From Callorhinchus milii (Eukaryota), in NCBI RefSeq assembly GCF_018977255.1, contig NW_024704742.1, positions 88,538,001-88,602,000 on the forward strand: a stretch of DNA of 64,000 nt, given 5' to 3'. Numbering within the stretch: the stretch's first letter is position 1; each line of letters opens with the position of its first letter. A program made the position numbers and the translations under genes. The notes beneath the pieces are model-generated. The model was not told the origin of the DNA. It made no database searches and saw nothing but the letters and a program-made list of their open reading frames with translations. Of this stretch, positions 24,593-37,654 are shown one piece after another.

Positions 24593-27500
24593 GAGGTCAC
24601 TCAGGGAGAGCAATCAGGACAGAGCGGAGGCAGAGCCTGAGCCTAGCGATCAGCATAAAAGGAACGGCTGAGGTAACCTGGGAACTGTTGGAGCGATGAA
24701 AAAAGAAAAAGTGACGTTGGTGTGATATCATTGTTCAACAGCAGAACCAGAGACAAACATTGACAAACTATCAGAAACTACAGCACTGACGGAAAATTAA
24801 AACAAAAAACAAAAAAATATATAGAAAATTACTGTGTGAGAAGATGATGTGGCAAATGAAATGCGAGGACTGTGACATGTGGGAGTTAATGGAGGGCGCC
24901 CTGAGCCCGGGCAACTTCATCTGCAGCAAGTGTCTGCAACTCAGGAAGCTCCAGCTGGAAGCCGAGGTGCAGACACTGTGCTCCATCAGGGACAGTGAGA
25001 GGTTCCTGGACAGTATGATGGAGGAAACCATCACTCCCCTGAGGCTCGGGAGATGCTTGCATCTGGTTAATGCTCAGGGACAGGATAGCTTTATCAGTCC
25101 TGCAGATAATGGGACCCCTGAGTGAGTGGTGATGGAGCCTTGGGCTTCAAACTTGATCAACGGATGTGAGTATTTGATGGACCAGACACCTCAAGAGGTG
25201 GTCACCCCATAACCATTTCAGATTGAAAATGACTGGGTGGCTGTCTGGCATGGTAGGAAGAGGGGATGGGCAGGGCAAAATGTCCCCAATAGTGTAGCAC
25301 TCTCAAACTGGTACTCTGTATTGAACATTGAGAGTGTGGATATTTCCAGGGAGGACAGTATAAACCGAGTGGTGGAACAGGGGGACATAGGTAACAGGAG
25401 CAATGTTGTTGTCATAGGGGAAACAACAGTGCGAGGTATAGACCGACGTTTCTGTAACAGAAGACGGGAGTCAAGGATGGTATGTTGCCTCCTTGGTGCA
25501 ACAGTCTTAGACATCGCAGAAAGGGTGGATAAAATTCTTCAGGGGGAAGGAGAACATCCAGAAGTGGTGGTCCAGGTGGGGATCGATGATTTTGGTAAAA
25601 AAAGGGCTGAGTCTCTACAGGGTCAATATCAAAAGCTGGAGAACATACTAAAGAATAGAACATCCAAGGTGGCGATCTCTGGATTACTCCCTGTGCCTTG
25701 GGCAGGATCAATGCTTGGCTGGAGAAATGGTCTAGAAAAGAGGGCTTCAGGTTTCTGGATCATTGGGACCAGTTCTGGGGCAGGTAGGTTCTGTATCATA
25801 TGGATGGGTTGCACCTAAACAGGGCTGGGGCGAATGTGCTTGCAGACAAGCTATCTAATGCTGTTGGGGAGGGTTTAAACTAGTTTTGAGAGGGGAAGGG
25901 AATGCAAAAAACGAAGAGCTAGAAAATAGAGAAAAAAAGCAGGGGGGAAGTGCATAACAGGTCAAGTCGGTCTTGGAGTGCATGTGCCTAAATGCACAGA
26001 GTTTAGCAAACAAGATTGGTGAGCTGCAGGCTCAAGTGGTCATAGGGGGATATGATGTAGTAGCAGTAACAGAGACTTGGCTCAAGCAAGGACAGGAATG
26101 GGAGCTGAATATTCCTGGCTATAATGTATTCAGGAGAGATAGGGAAGGAAAGAAAGGAGGGGATGTGGCAATGTTAGTCAAAGATACGGTTGCAGGCATG
26201 GAAAGGGTCGAGGTGCTGGAGGGCCCCAAAACGGAATCTATCTGGTTAGAGTTAAGGAACAAAAAAGGAGCAGTTACGCTGGTATGGGTATACTATAGAC
26301 CACCAAATAGTGGGAAGGAAATAGATGAGCAGATCTGCAAGCAGATCTCAGACAGATGCAAGGCCAATAGAGTTGTGATAATGGGGGACTTTAATTATCC
26401 CAACATAGACTGGCAAAACAACAGCACACAGGGCAAGGAGGGGGAAATATTCCTAAAATGCATACAGGACAACTTTCTTGATCAGTACGTTTCCAGCCCA
26501 ACAAGGAAGGAAGCAGTGCTAGATCTAGTTCTGGGGAATGAAGTAGGGCAAGTCGAGCAGGTTTCAGTGGGAGAGAATCAGAGTAACAGTGATCACAACA
26601 TCATTAGATTCAGAGTGTATATGGAAAGAGACAAGGAACCATCTAAGGTAAAGATATTCAACTGGAAGAGGGCAAATTTCAGTGAGTTGAAAAGGGACCT
26701 AGGCAAGATGGACTGGAAAGAAAGATTGGCAGGTAAAACAACTAAAGAGCAGTGGGAAGTCTTCAAGGATGAGATAGCTCGGGGACAGAACAAATACATT
26801 CCCACAAAAGGGAAAAGTAGGGCTTCCAAACCTCCCTGGATGACAAAGGTAATTGTATCTAGAATGAAGCAGGAAAAGGAGGCGTATGACAAATGTCAAA
26901 CCCAAGATACAGAAGACAACCAAATAGAATATAGGAAGTGCAGAAGAGGTTTAAAAAAGGAAATAAGAGGGGCAAAAAGATTATACGAAAAAAGGTTAGC
27001 GGGTAACATTAAAGGGAATTCTAAAATATTTTACAAACATATCAAGAAAAAAAGGCTAGTCAAAGGTAGGGTGGGGCCAATTAAGGACCAAGGGGGAAAT
27101 CTTATTGTGGAGGCAGAGGGCATGGCTGATATGCTGAATGAGTACTTTGCATCTGACTTCACAAAAGAAGTGTATACACCAAATGCCGCAGTACCGGAGG
27201 AGAGGGTAGAGGAAATGGATAAGATAAGTATAAACAGAGAGGAAGTACTGAAAAGGTTGACTGCGCTGAAGGTAGATAAGTCACCCGGTCCGGACGGGAT
27301 GCAACCAAGATTACTATGGGAGGCACGGGTACAAACAGCGGAGGCTTTGGCTACAATTTTTCAATCTTCGTTGGACACAGGAGTGGTACCAGAGGACTGG
27401 AGAGTGGCCAATGTTATTCCTCTGTACAAAAAGGGACAGAAGGATAAACCTGGGAACTACAGCCCAGTCAGCCTAACATCAGTAGTGGGGAAACTCCTGG

Positions 27501-28485
27501 AGACTATAATCCGGGACAGAATAAATCTTCACTTAGAAGAATATGGGTTAATTAGGGACAGCCAACATGGATTTGTTAAAGGGAATCTTGTCTAACAAAT
27601 CTAATAGAATTTTTCAATGAGGTAATGGAGAGGGTGGATAAAGGCAGTGCAGTTGATGTAGTTTATATGGACTTTCAAAAGGCATTTGACAAAGTGACAC
27701 ATGAAAGACTTGTAAGAAAGATAGAAGCCCATGGTATAAAAGGGACAGTGGTAGCATGGATCCAGAACTGGCTGGGAGACAGAAAGCAGAGAGTTGTGGT
27801 GAATGGCTGCTTTTCTGACTGGACAGGTAGATAAAACTGTAAAAAGGGCATATGGGATACTAGGCTTTATAAATAGGGGCATAGAGTACAAGAGTCAGGA
27901 GGTTATGATTAACCTCTATAAAACACTGGTTAGGCCTCAGTTAGAATACTGCGCCCAGTTCTGGGCACCACACTATAGGAAGGATGTTAAGGCATTGGAA
28001 AGGGTGCAGAGGAGATTTACAAGAATGGTACCAGGAATGAGGGACCTTGATTATGAGGAAAGGTTAGAGAGGCTGGAATTATTCTCATAGGAGCAGAGAA
28101 GGTTACGAGGAGACCTAATAGAGGTCTTCAAAATCATGAGGGGATTTGATAGGTTAGACAGGGAAAAACTGTTTCCACTGGTGGGTGTGTCGGTGACTCG
28201 AGGTGACAGATTCAAAATAGTATCTAAAAGAAGCAAAGGGGAGGTGAGAAGAATTTTTTCATGCAGCGAGTTGTTCGAATCTGGAACGCATTGCCTGAAA
28301 GGTTGGTCGAGGCCGATTCGATAACTACTTTTAAAAACGCTGTGGACGGGTATTTGAGGAGGACGGGTTTACAGGGTTATGGGGAAAAGGCTGGGGAGTG
28401 GGATTGACATTACATTGCTCTTTTCAAAGAGCCGGTACAAACTCGATGGGCCGAATGGCCTCTTTTTGTGCTGTACGATTCTATG
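24593..28485 (+). mobile_element. near-full-length CR1 LINE with internal deletion
   Basis: ORF1 remnants (CxxC..CxxC finger 24844-25125; SGNH esterase-like 25237-25818); ORF2 25973-27595 APE endonuclease (TETW, MGDFN, SDH) plus RT start; YMDFQKAFD; VRPQLEYCAQFW; CR1 tail ...ATTCTATG; possible TSD AACCT. Confidence 0.95.
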
Positions 28486-28544
28486 AACCTACAAGCACTC
28501 TTCAGCAAAGACAACATTCACTGAGGATTGTGGGTTTGGTATTT

Positions 28545-29130
28545 GTACCTTACCCCAAATGTAGCCGGAACACTCATTCATGCATTCATCACCTCCCGAT
28601 TCAACTTTTCAAATGCCCTCTTGGTCGGTCTCCCCAGCTTCACCATACACAGGATCCAGCTGACCCAAAACTGCGCCACCCGCATACTAACCCATACTAA
28701 ACTCCATACCCCCAGTTCTAGCCAGGCTCCACTCGCTCCCTAATTCCGAATGGATCAATTTCAAGATCCTCACACTCGTTTTTAAATCCCTTCATGCCCT
28801 GGTACCTCTCTACCTCTCCGACCCCCAACCCACAACCCGCTGTCTCCGCTGGACTGGCTCCGCTCTTCTGCATGTTCCTCGTGCCCTCTGTTCCATTATT
28901 TGTGGGTGCACTTTCAGCCTCTACGCCCCGAAACTCTGAAACACCCTTCCTTTATCCCTCTGCCTTGTTCCTTCCTTCCCCATAATCAGGTCATGCCTGA
29001 AGACCTATTTGACCAAGCCTATAGTCACCTCCCCATTCTCCAGGCTCGGAGTCATGCTCCGTCACTGTCAAGCACTCTGGGACACTACCTTACGTAAGGG
29101 GCACTATATAAATGCAAGTTGTTGTTGTTG
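28545..29130 (+). mobile_element. L2 LINE 3' fragment, degraded
   Basis: LIHAFITSRFNFSNALLVGLP; (TTG)n tail. Confidence 0.85.
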
Positions 29131-29204
29131 TACCCAGGAATTTGGGCAATATATGATTTAATCTTTGCAGTTACTTTGGTTAGAGACACCTCTGCAATTT
29201 TTTT

Positions 29205-29800
29205 GGTTGGCTTGGTGTCTGACATATGTAGAAACCTATCACCATGCTTAAGAAAATCCAAACCAAACTGAGAATTCCATGCATCCCACCTACACACGGA
29301 AATTCCAGAGATGTTTTTGGAATGGAATATGCACTCTCGCCCTGGAGGGAAGCATCCTGCTTACCTAATTCCGGAAAGTATTAGGCACAGGTTGGTAAGA
29401 GCCAAGGCTTGGGGATCCCATAGTGTGCATTGGCATCTAACCAACTAAAACCACACACCTTGCCGTTGAGAACTCTGCGTGACAGCTTTCCTGCTGCATG
29501 TCCGGATAGGATTACCCTACCCATTGGAGTTCTGGCTTGCAGTTGGATTAATGGGAGCTGAGTGGGATTCCTCCCTGCCCCCAGTGACTGATCTGCCTTT
29601 CCAACTTCTGCCGATGAGCCAGCCTGGATGCATTGTCAACAGCGGTGCCCTGGAAATGCGCGGAGCTGACTGGCTCAGGAACTGCACAATCGGGACCGCG
29701 ACAGTGTTAACTCAATTCCAATATTTTGTTGCCAGGCATATCACCTTGGAGGCAGTTCAGCTTCAAGAACCCTCTTACCTCCCCCCCAGGAGGATAGTCC
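29205..29800 (+). repeat. unclassified ~600-bp interspersed repeat, longest copy
   Basis: homologous to ~3870-4455(-), ~21910-22300(-), ~55210-55645(+), ~59520-59970(-); shared CATGCTTAAGA.TATCCAAACCAAACTGAGAA block. Confidence 0.8.
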
Positions 29801-30497
29801 CTAGTTGGTCATTTGACATCTGACATGCACATGTTTGAGCCCTCACTAAGTCAATGCAAGGTACCATGAACTCCCTGAGAGCTTACTGGTGGGCAACACA
29901 GCTCAGCATAAAATGTCTGAGAGCATTGCCACCATCTTGATGTCAGCAGCTCAGACACACATCCCTATCCATTGAGCAATGGTTCCACCAGTTGGAGGTG
30001 TGGAGTTTAAGCAGAAGCTGTTTACCTCTCTGCAAACTAATGAAGTATATTCTAGGTGCTAGATATATGGATATATATCACCCCTTCTCTTGCCTCCTTC
30101 AAGTGCTTTCTAAAGACCGTGCCTTCAGCCAACCTGCCACCCCCACCCCTCCTGCCCTCCACCCCTCCTGACCCTAACTCCATGCTCGGGTCCAAAAAAC
30201 CCTGACTGTCAAGTGCCCTGGGATGTCTCTCCAATGTGAAGGCTGCTATACAACTGTAATTTGTTGTTGTGTGTTCACAAACTTGGACTCCAGGTAATGC
30301 CTTCCAGCAGCTGTCATCCCAAGCCTCAGAGTTTCCAGCTTCCACATCAGATTTTTGGCACACATCTGCTTTCAGCATTGTAGGAGGACCTTTACAGGAC
30401 AGCTTGTAATGTACCAGCTATTTTGATAGTCTCGAGGTCCAAGTCCAATGCTGCGTACCAGGCTTACTCAGCACCCATTCTGTTCATTCCAAATTCT

Positions 30498-31120
30498 GCA
30501 ACAACAACAATAACAACAACAAAATTACATATGTATAGCACCTTTCAGGTCAGGAGGACATCCCAATGCGCTGGACAGACAGAGTATCGGACTCAAGCTG
30601 AGGGTGGGGGAAGGGGGAGGGCGGGGGGAAAAGCAGGGAGATCAAAAGCAGGATCAAAGAGGAGGGTCTTGTGGTGGGTCTTGAAGGTGGCGAGGAAGGG
30701 GGCGAGACGGAGGGAATGCAGGATGGAGTTCCAGAGGGTGGGTGCAGAGTGGTGGAAGGTCCGCCCGCCAATAGTGGGGCGAGCAAGGCAGGGGACATGA
30801 AGCAGGCCAGAGCCCACTGAGTGGAGGGAGTGAACAGGGTGGTAGGGGGTTCGGAGGTTGGAGAGGTAGGGGGGAGCAAGACCATGGAGGGCTTTGAAGG
30901 TTAGGACCAGGATCTTGAACTGTATCTTCTGTGTGATGGAAAGCCAGTGGAGTTGGACAAGGATGGGAGTGATAGGGTCACGGAGCCTAGTGCGGGAGAG
31001 GACACGGGCTGCAGAGTTATTAATAATAATAATAATAAGTGAGGATTGGAGGGAGGAGTTGGGGAGGCCGACAAGCAATGAGTTTGCGTAGTTGATCCTC
31101 AAAGTAATGAAGGCATGCAG
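30498..31120 (-). mobile_element. L2 LINE 3' fragment
   Basis: HAFITLRINYANSLLVGLP..LHWL..APTLWNS; L2 tail. Confidence 0.9.
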
Positions 31121-32429
31121 AGGCCTTGGCAAATAGACATGTCCACTGCAAAGCTGCCTCCACCTCCAGGATGCTCAGTTACAGGTCAGTGTAGGCCAGA
31201 GCCCTCCCTCCCTGCAGCCACTTATCGTGTTTGCCACAAATCCACCTCACTGCTTTGGACTTTGCAAATGGGCTGGAGGAAACCTCTCCACTGCATCCCC
31301 ATTCGCCTTTGTATGGCATTAAGGGGATTGACTTGGTGTATCTGTTCCAGCCCTTTCTGACAAGAATGTAATATGTTCAGGAACTGACTCCAGTTTAGCT
31401 TCTGATAGATAATAACAATTTGAGATAGTACCAAAGCTGGCTTGATGGCATTAGATTAACACCAAAATATTTCCACAGGAAAAAAATCACCACACAACCC
31501 AACATCCCACATACAGTTAAATCTCTTTAGAAGTGTAATACAGTGACCCTCTAGGCAGTAGTCAAGGAGCAAGGCCGGGGTGAGGTCAAGAATAAAGCTA
31601 TAGACAAGGCCAGAAATGGCGTAACAAACACAGGCCATTTATTTACTCAAAACACAATAGGCCAATTGAACCTAAACACTCCAAAGCATCCATAATAAAC
31701 AACATCATGCTACAATCCTATTTCCACACGTATCCTGTACAGTACCACACTCCAGCGCATAAACACACGTTTCCCGCTATTGGCCGGCCCTAGGCTCCAA
31801 ACAGCTTGTTATAATTTAATACATGCAATAGGACTGACAACCAGCACCAATTGCTTGAGTTAAAATGAACGGTTTGCGCCCAGCAATTTCCCCTCTGGTT
31901 ATTCCATGTGCTTGATTGTTATGGGGTGGGAGGAGGGGAGCTTATCCTCTGTGAGGCCTGGGTTTAATGTTCTGATTCGCCTGGGACTGCCCATTTAATG
32001 ACAATTCATGATCCCACCTCAATGGCTCCACATATGAAACAGGAGACGTTTGAAAAAACCTTGAGATATTTGGACCATTGGGTGTACATAGGTTATCATG
32101 AAGATGGGTTGCTACCTTGTATATTCCTCACCATGTACTTGCATAAGGAAAAGTTGAAAGTCAATGGTGAAGCTGGGATAGGTTGACTTGAACCCATGAT
32201 CTTCTCACTCAAATGTGAGAGTCCTAGCAACTGAGCTAGGCTGATACAGATGCGATCACGGCAGGCACAAAATTTCTCCCAATTGGGATTGAAATTGAAT
32301 GTTACTCATAAAAATAGCTGGTCTGAGACATGGAACGATTCACACAAATTCAAAAAGGGTTGCTATTTTGAGATTGGGATTACGTTTTACTTTGCATCTG
32401 GCCCAAGTTATAGCTAACTTTCAAGAACT

Positions 32430-32534
32430 TGAAACAAAAACAGAGAGAGCTGGGACAACTCAGCAGGTCAGGCAGCATCTATGGAGAAAGGAAAGTGAGT
32501 CAACATTTCGGGTCCACAACCCTTCGTCAGAACT
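32430..32534 (-). mobile_element. Penelope-like terminal fragment
   Basis: homologous to the 9672 copy. Confidence 0.6.
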
Positions 32535-35500
32535 TTCAAGAACCTGATGCCTGCAGTGAATAGCAGAATTGTAAACGAATGGTTTATTGCCCACCCTGAT
32601 TCTATCCTTGAAAAACACAAATGATATAACCAGAATATGTATCAGAATCTATCAGGCATAGAATCCAAGGCATAAATTTATAAGTTTTTATGACCCCTAC
32701 ACTTGGGAGTGTGATGTAGACACCGATTTGATATACAGTGAATGGATTTTCTTGCAGACAACATCAAAATTACAAAGTGACCCTTTTTCCAGACTTTAAC
32801 AGTGGATACACTCCATCCGAATAGATCATGAAATATTTATCCTATTAGAATAAACAAAATGTTTGATAACAAATTGCTTTAAAGCAGCCCAGAAACTCTT
32901 CTAAAATGATTTAACATATATACCAAACCGCAGTCATCTATTATAATACTGTAATGCTGCAATGAAAGCAATGAGAACACAATTTGAATAAATGCTGTGT
33001 TCTGAATGGATAATTCTATGCCTTAGAATATTCAGGTAAGGGCTATTTGAATAGACAACTTCCTATTGTAATTCAGATTACTATTATGTGTCATCTTGGC
33101 TCAATTGGTAGCACTAGCCTCTGTGTCAGAAGATTGTGGATTCAAGCCCCACGTTGGGACTTGGAACTCACATAGACACTCCATTGCAGTCCTGAGGGCA
33201 TTGTCGGAGGTGTAATTTTTTGATGAGACGTTAAACAAGGCCTCAGCTGACCATTGGCTGTGTCATTTGCCCACAAAACACATAGTCAATCTACTTTACA
33301 GTATATCTTGTGTTGTGCTTTCAGACGACTTCTCAAGGTAATAGGATCTGTATGAAATGAAAGGATTATTGTTAATATATTTCATGAAATACACAGGACA
33401 TTTTGCGCATAGGTACTCACCTAGGTCTAGATTTACAATATTCAGTGTGCAGAATCTAGCAAATTGTTGATATTTAGTTAGATCGTTTTCTGTAGGTCTC
33501 AAAAGAAACTTACCGAAAAAAAAGCTTGAAGATTAAAGAGAGCATTAAAGAATTTGACAAATTCTGGACCCTTTGAAATGTCACTGTTCATCCAGTATAT
33601 CTAGACCAAGGTGAAATTTCTACCCAGCACTCTGTTTGTTTCAGTGCTGATCTCTGGGATTCCATTTTAAACTGTGTGCCAGTGTATTCTACTTTAGCAT
33701 TAATGCCAAGTTCACAATTGCATATTGCTGATAGTGACATGCATTCATCAGCCCTTGGAATCTAAAGAGCCATTAAGAATGTTATATAACCTGATTGGAT
33801 TGCAAGTACTGGTAGAATTAATGCATTATGTGGGAGTTTCTCACAATCAAAAGCCTTTTGAAATTGTGTTGTGCAATATTTTGCAAAATGCAAACCAGAG
33901 AAATGAAATCCAGCAAAGAAAAAATATATGTGGTATTTTGGGACAGTTTGAGCACGCTCAATGCAGGAACCATATCAACTGAGGATCTATACCTCAGCAG
34001 CAGAGAAGCATTTATTTGGTACTCTAATATTGAATACTGAATGGTGAGGAGTGCTATATAAATGTAAGTTGTTGTTATTGTTTTCTGGACATCTCCTCTA
34101 AAGAAGAGCATAGCTATTTTTAATAATAATCCTTGCATTTGGTCTCAAAGCTCTTCACAGGATTTATTGTAATGTAGTGATTGCATTCGTGTAAGTAAAT
34201 GCGGCAGCCAATTTGCACAAAGCGATGTCCCATTTAAACAATTTTATTTGGGGGATTGTTGGCCAGGACACCAGGAGAAACTCGCTTCTCTTTTCGAATA
34301 GAAATCTTTTAGCGTCCACCTAAACAATCCTTATCTTAACATCTCATCCAAAAGAAGTCATCTCCAACAATGCAACACCCCCTCAGCACTGCATTGGAGT
34401 ATCAGATAGACTATGTGTGTTCAAAGATATTTCAGCTTCTATCAGAACTTAAGGTCCAAACATGGAGTCACAGTTGTTAATTACTTTTCAGCAATCAGAA
34501 CATGGGCCTTTGTTTATCCTTTTCTCTATACAATTCCCTGAATCTGCCTCTTCATAGCTGTGGAGCGTGAGATAAGAATGATCTGATAAAGAACATATGG
34601 AAATCATAGTCGGCAAAAAGGATATTCAGCCCAGCAAGTTTCCTCACAGAGCGATGAAAAGTAGAGCATAGAAGGAGTCTATTCAACATATTCACCTACA
34701 AATACAGTCACTCCATATCATGGTAAATACTGTGAAGTGCTTTGAGATGTCCTTACGAAATGATAAGGGGCTATACTGAATGCAAAGCTTATTATCGTTC
34801 AATGAATCATCCAAGCTAACATGACGAAATTGACCCAGAACTTTTCTGCTCCAGTGGCTGAGCTAGGTAGGCGCTAGTTCATTCATTGGAACCAAATACT
34901 CAAATAACAAATCCCTATTCCCTGCACCCTATGATGCTGTTATATTACATAGACCATGGAAATATTTCCTAATCCTTCATTCCAACCTACCCTCTCTATC
35001 TCGTGCATAAACTTTGTTGAAGGGTTGACCACAAATGAGCAAAAGAAGCTCCAGAATATTAATCTGATCAAAATAATGCTTGCAATTGATGTAGCACCTT
35101 TTCACATCATCAAAATGTCTCAAAGTGCTTCACAGGAGCTATCCTTACATCTCCACCATTGAAACCTGGCCTCCCTTCCTCCACACACATCATTCTGCGG
35201 ACCTGTTTCTCAGTTTATATCTAACATTATATCCTCTAATACTGTTATCTATCCTTTTCCGCAGGAGTTAATCAATACAGAATCAAATGGTTTATTTGAG
35301 CCTGCCCCACATGTCTCTGCTCTGTGGAAAGAAATTCTAATTGCTTGAACTTGAGGCTTTCAAATATTAACCTTGTGTCTCTCAGTATCTACTCTATTAG
35401 TTTCAGTTAGTCTGCTTACAATTATCTACGCTTATCATTGTTAAAGACCTGGACCATTTCCTCCCACAATCTTCCTTTTTCCAATTAAACAAGCACAGCT

Positions 35501-35957
35501 CTGCCAGTCTCTTCTCATAACTTGGAACTTTACATCCAAGCATCCTCCCCGTTGCCGAACTCTGAAACATGTCCAACCCTTGCAATGTACTTTTTTAAAT
35601 TGCACTCCTTATTCCAGCTATGATATAACAATATGAAATCCAAAACGATGACTTGATTTGAATGGTCAACAATTTCTCTCTAATAAAACTGGTCGTTCAC
35701 TTTATTACTGATGTGGGATATTGCTATGCCCAAATTGGCTACCACATTCACCCACAAAACATACGTTCACTTCAGTTCATAATGTATCCTGTGAAGCGCT
35801 TTGGGACATTCTCCTGATGTGAAAGGCATTTTATCATGCAATAATTATTATTATTGTTGAATGGGCAGTAACTTCATGTAGAAAACTTGTTAAAACTTTA
35901 TTTGGGGGGAAGGAAGAAGAGATGTGAGCCAATTTCATTATGTTAGTAATATATAGT

Positions 35958-36380
35958 GTGTCAGCCTGGCTCAGTGGTAGCCCTCTTTGCTCTGTAATAG
36001 AAGGTTATGGGTTCAAGCCCCATGTCAGAACTTGAACTCATATAGTCTAAGCTGACACTCCAATACAGTGCTGGGGGAACGCTGTATTGTCTGAGGTGTG
36101 ATCCTTTGGATGAGACATTAAACTGAGGTCCCATCTGCCTGTTCAGGTGGACATTAAAGATCCCAAGACACTATTCGAAAAGAGAAGGGCAGTGTCCTGG
36201 CCAAAATGCCTCAAATAAAATTGATCACTCACTCCATGGCTGTCTGTGAGACATTGCTGTTTTCAAAATAGCTACACAATCAAACCACTTCACAGAATAT
36301 TCAGCGGAGAGCTTTGAGATGTCTTGACATAATGTGATAAGGCACTATATCAATTACAACAATTATTATTATTTATTATA
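35958..36380 (+). mobile_element. SINE family B (Deu-like), full length
   Basis: GTGTCAGCCTGGCTCAGTGGTAG head, GGTTCAAGCCCC B box, Deu-like core, tail. Confidence 0.85.
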
Positions 36381-37654
36381 GTTTAATCCAAACTATTGAT
36401 ATGATGATGCATCTTTATGCTATTTAAGTATCTAAATAACCATGTGAACCCAAACTCAGATAGTTTTGTTGCGAGTCTGCTCTGTAGAAAGAAATCCTAA
36501 TTGCTTGTCAAACTTGAGGCTTTCAAATGTTAACCTTGTGGTTCTTAGAATCTGCTCTATTGGCTTCAGTTAGTCTGCTTACGATTATCTATGCTTGTCA
36601 AAGGCGAAAAGGCGAACAAACCAATTTACAGTGTGGAATGGACTAACCTTAGAGGTGGTGAAAGCAAATCGTGCCAGAGAATTAGAGGGAATTAGACAGA
36701 TCTTTGGCAAAGAAATTGATTGGGACAGAGTGCCGGGAGAGGTGAGAAATGGAGTCTAATTCACAATATTCCCAAACCAATTTTTTCTATGTTAATTGTA
36801 ACTTTTTTGTGGCAAAATTCCTGGCCAGTGAATTGGAAATATGAAGTCAGCTGGCTTAGTCCAAATATCGTGTGAGCAAAATGGCCAGCAAGGCACACAA
36901 TTAACACAACAAATCTGTTTTGCAAGCTTCACAAATTCGATCCAATGGAGTACTGAATGTTTTTTTTATTTTGGGATCAGCCAGATGGCTGTCATGGTCC
37001 TTTCCGGGCTTATATGTCCCAATGTGTATTCTGTTTGCATAGAAATGAAAGAGTCTGCCAAACAATCCTTCATCAAAACTGCATCCCTTTAAACTGGCTG
37101 GATGATGCTTTCAGAGGAAACGGACACATGGATTCATTATTGTACAAGTTAAAGCCAGTTAAAGCGAACATTTGCTCCAGCTTTGATTCATTACCGAACA
37201 TCCTGCAGTGCTTTGCTAAATAGGAACTGTAATAAAATGTTTTATTTTGCTGCAGGCGTGTTCGCATTACAAAATACATATTATATCAGTTACTCATGTT
37301 TCATTGAGTGGCATAATCCCAACCAATGTCTTGTCATTTGGGCCACTCTAAGGACCACTGTAACGATTACCACAGAGTGATAGGATGCAGATCTATACTT
37401 GTGATTCACCACACACTGAGCTCTTGATTTCAATTTCCACTGTGAGCAGTTGCCAAATGGAGGGCAGGTAATTCCCCCGGGGACAGGAAAAATAGCCCAA
37501 TAGTTCTATTAAACAGATCTGTTTTATATTTCCTTTTCACTACTTTATGGAAGTTGGATAGCACTTCCTTCTGATGGTATTCATTTGGCTCATTTTGCTG
37601 GAGAACAAGGAAAGCAGATGGATGATGGATGAACGTGAAATTTCACCTTGGTCA

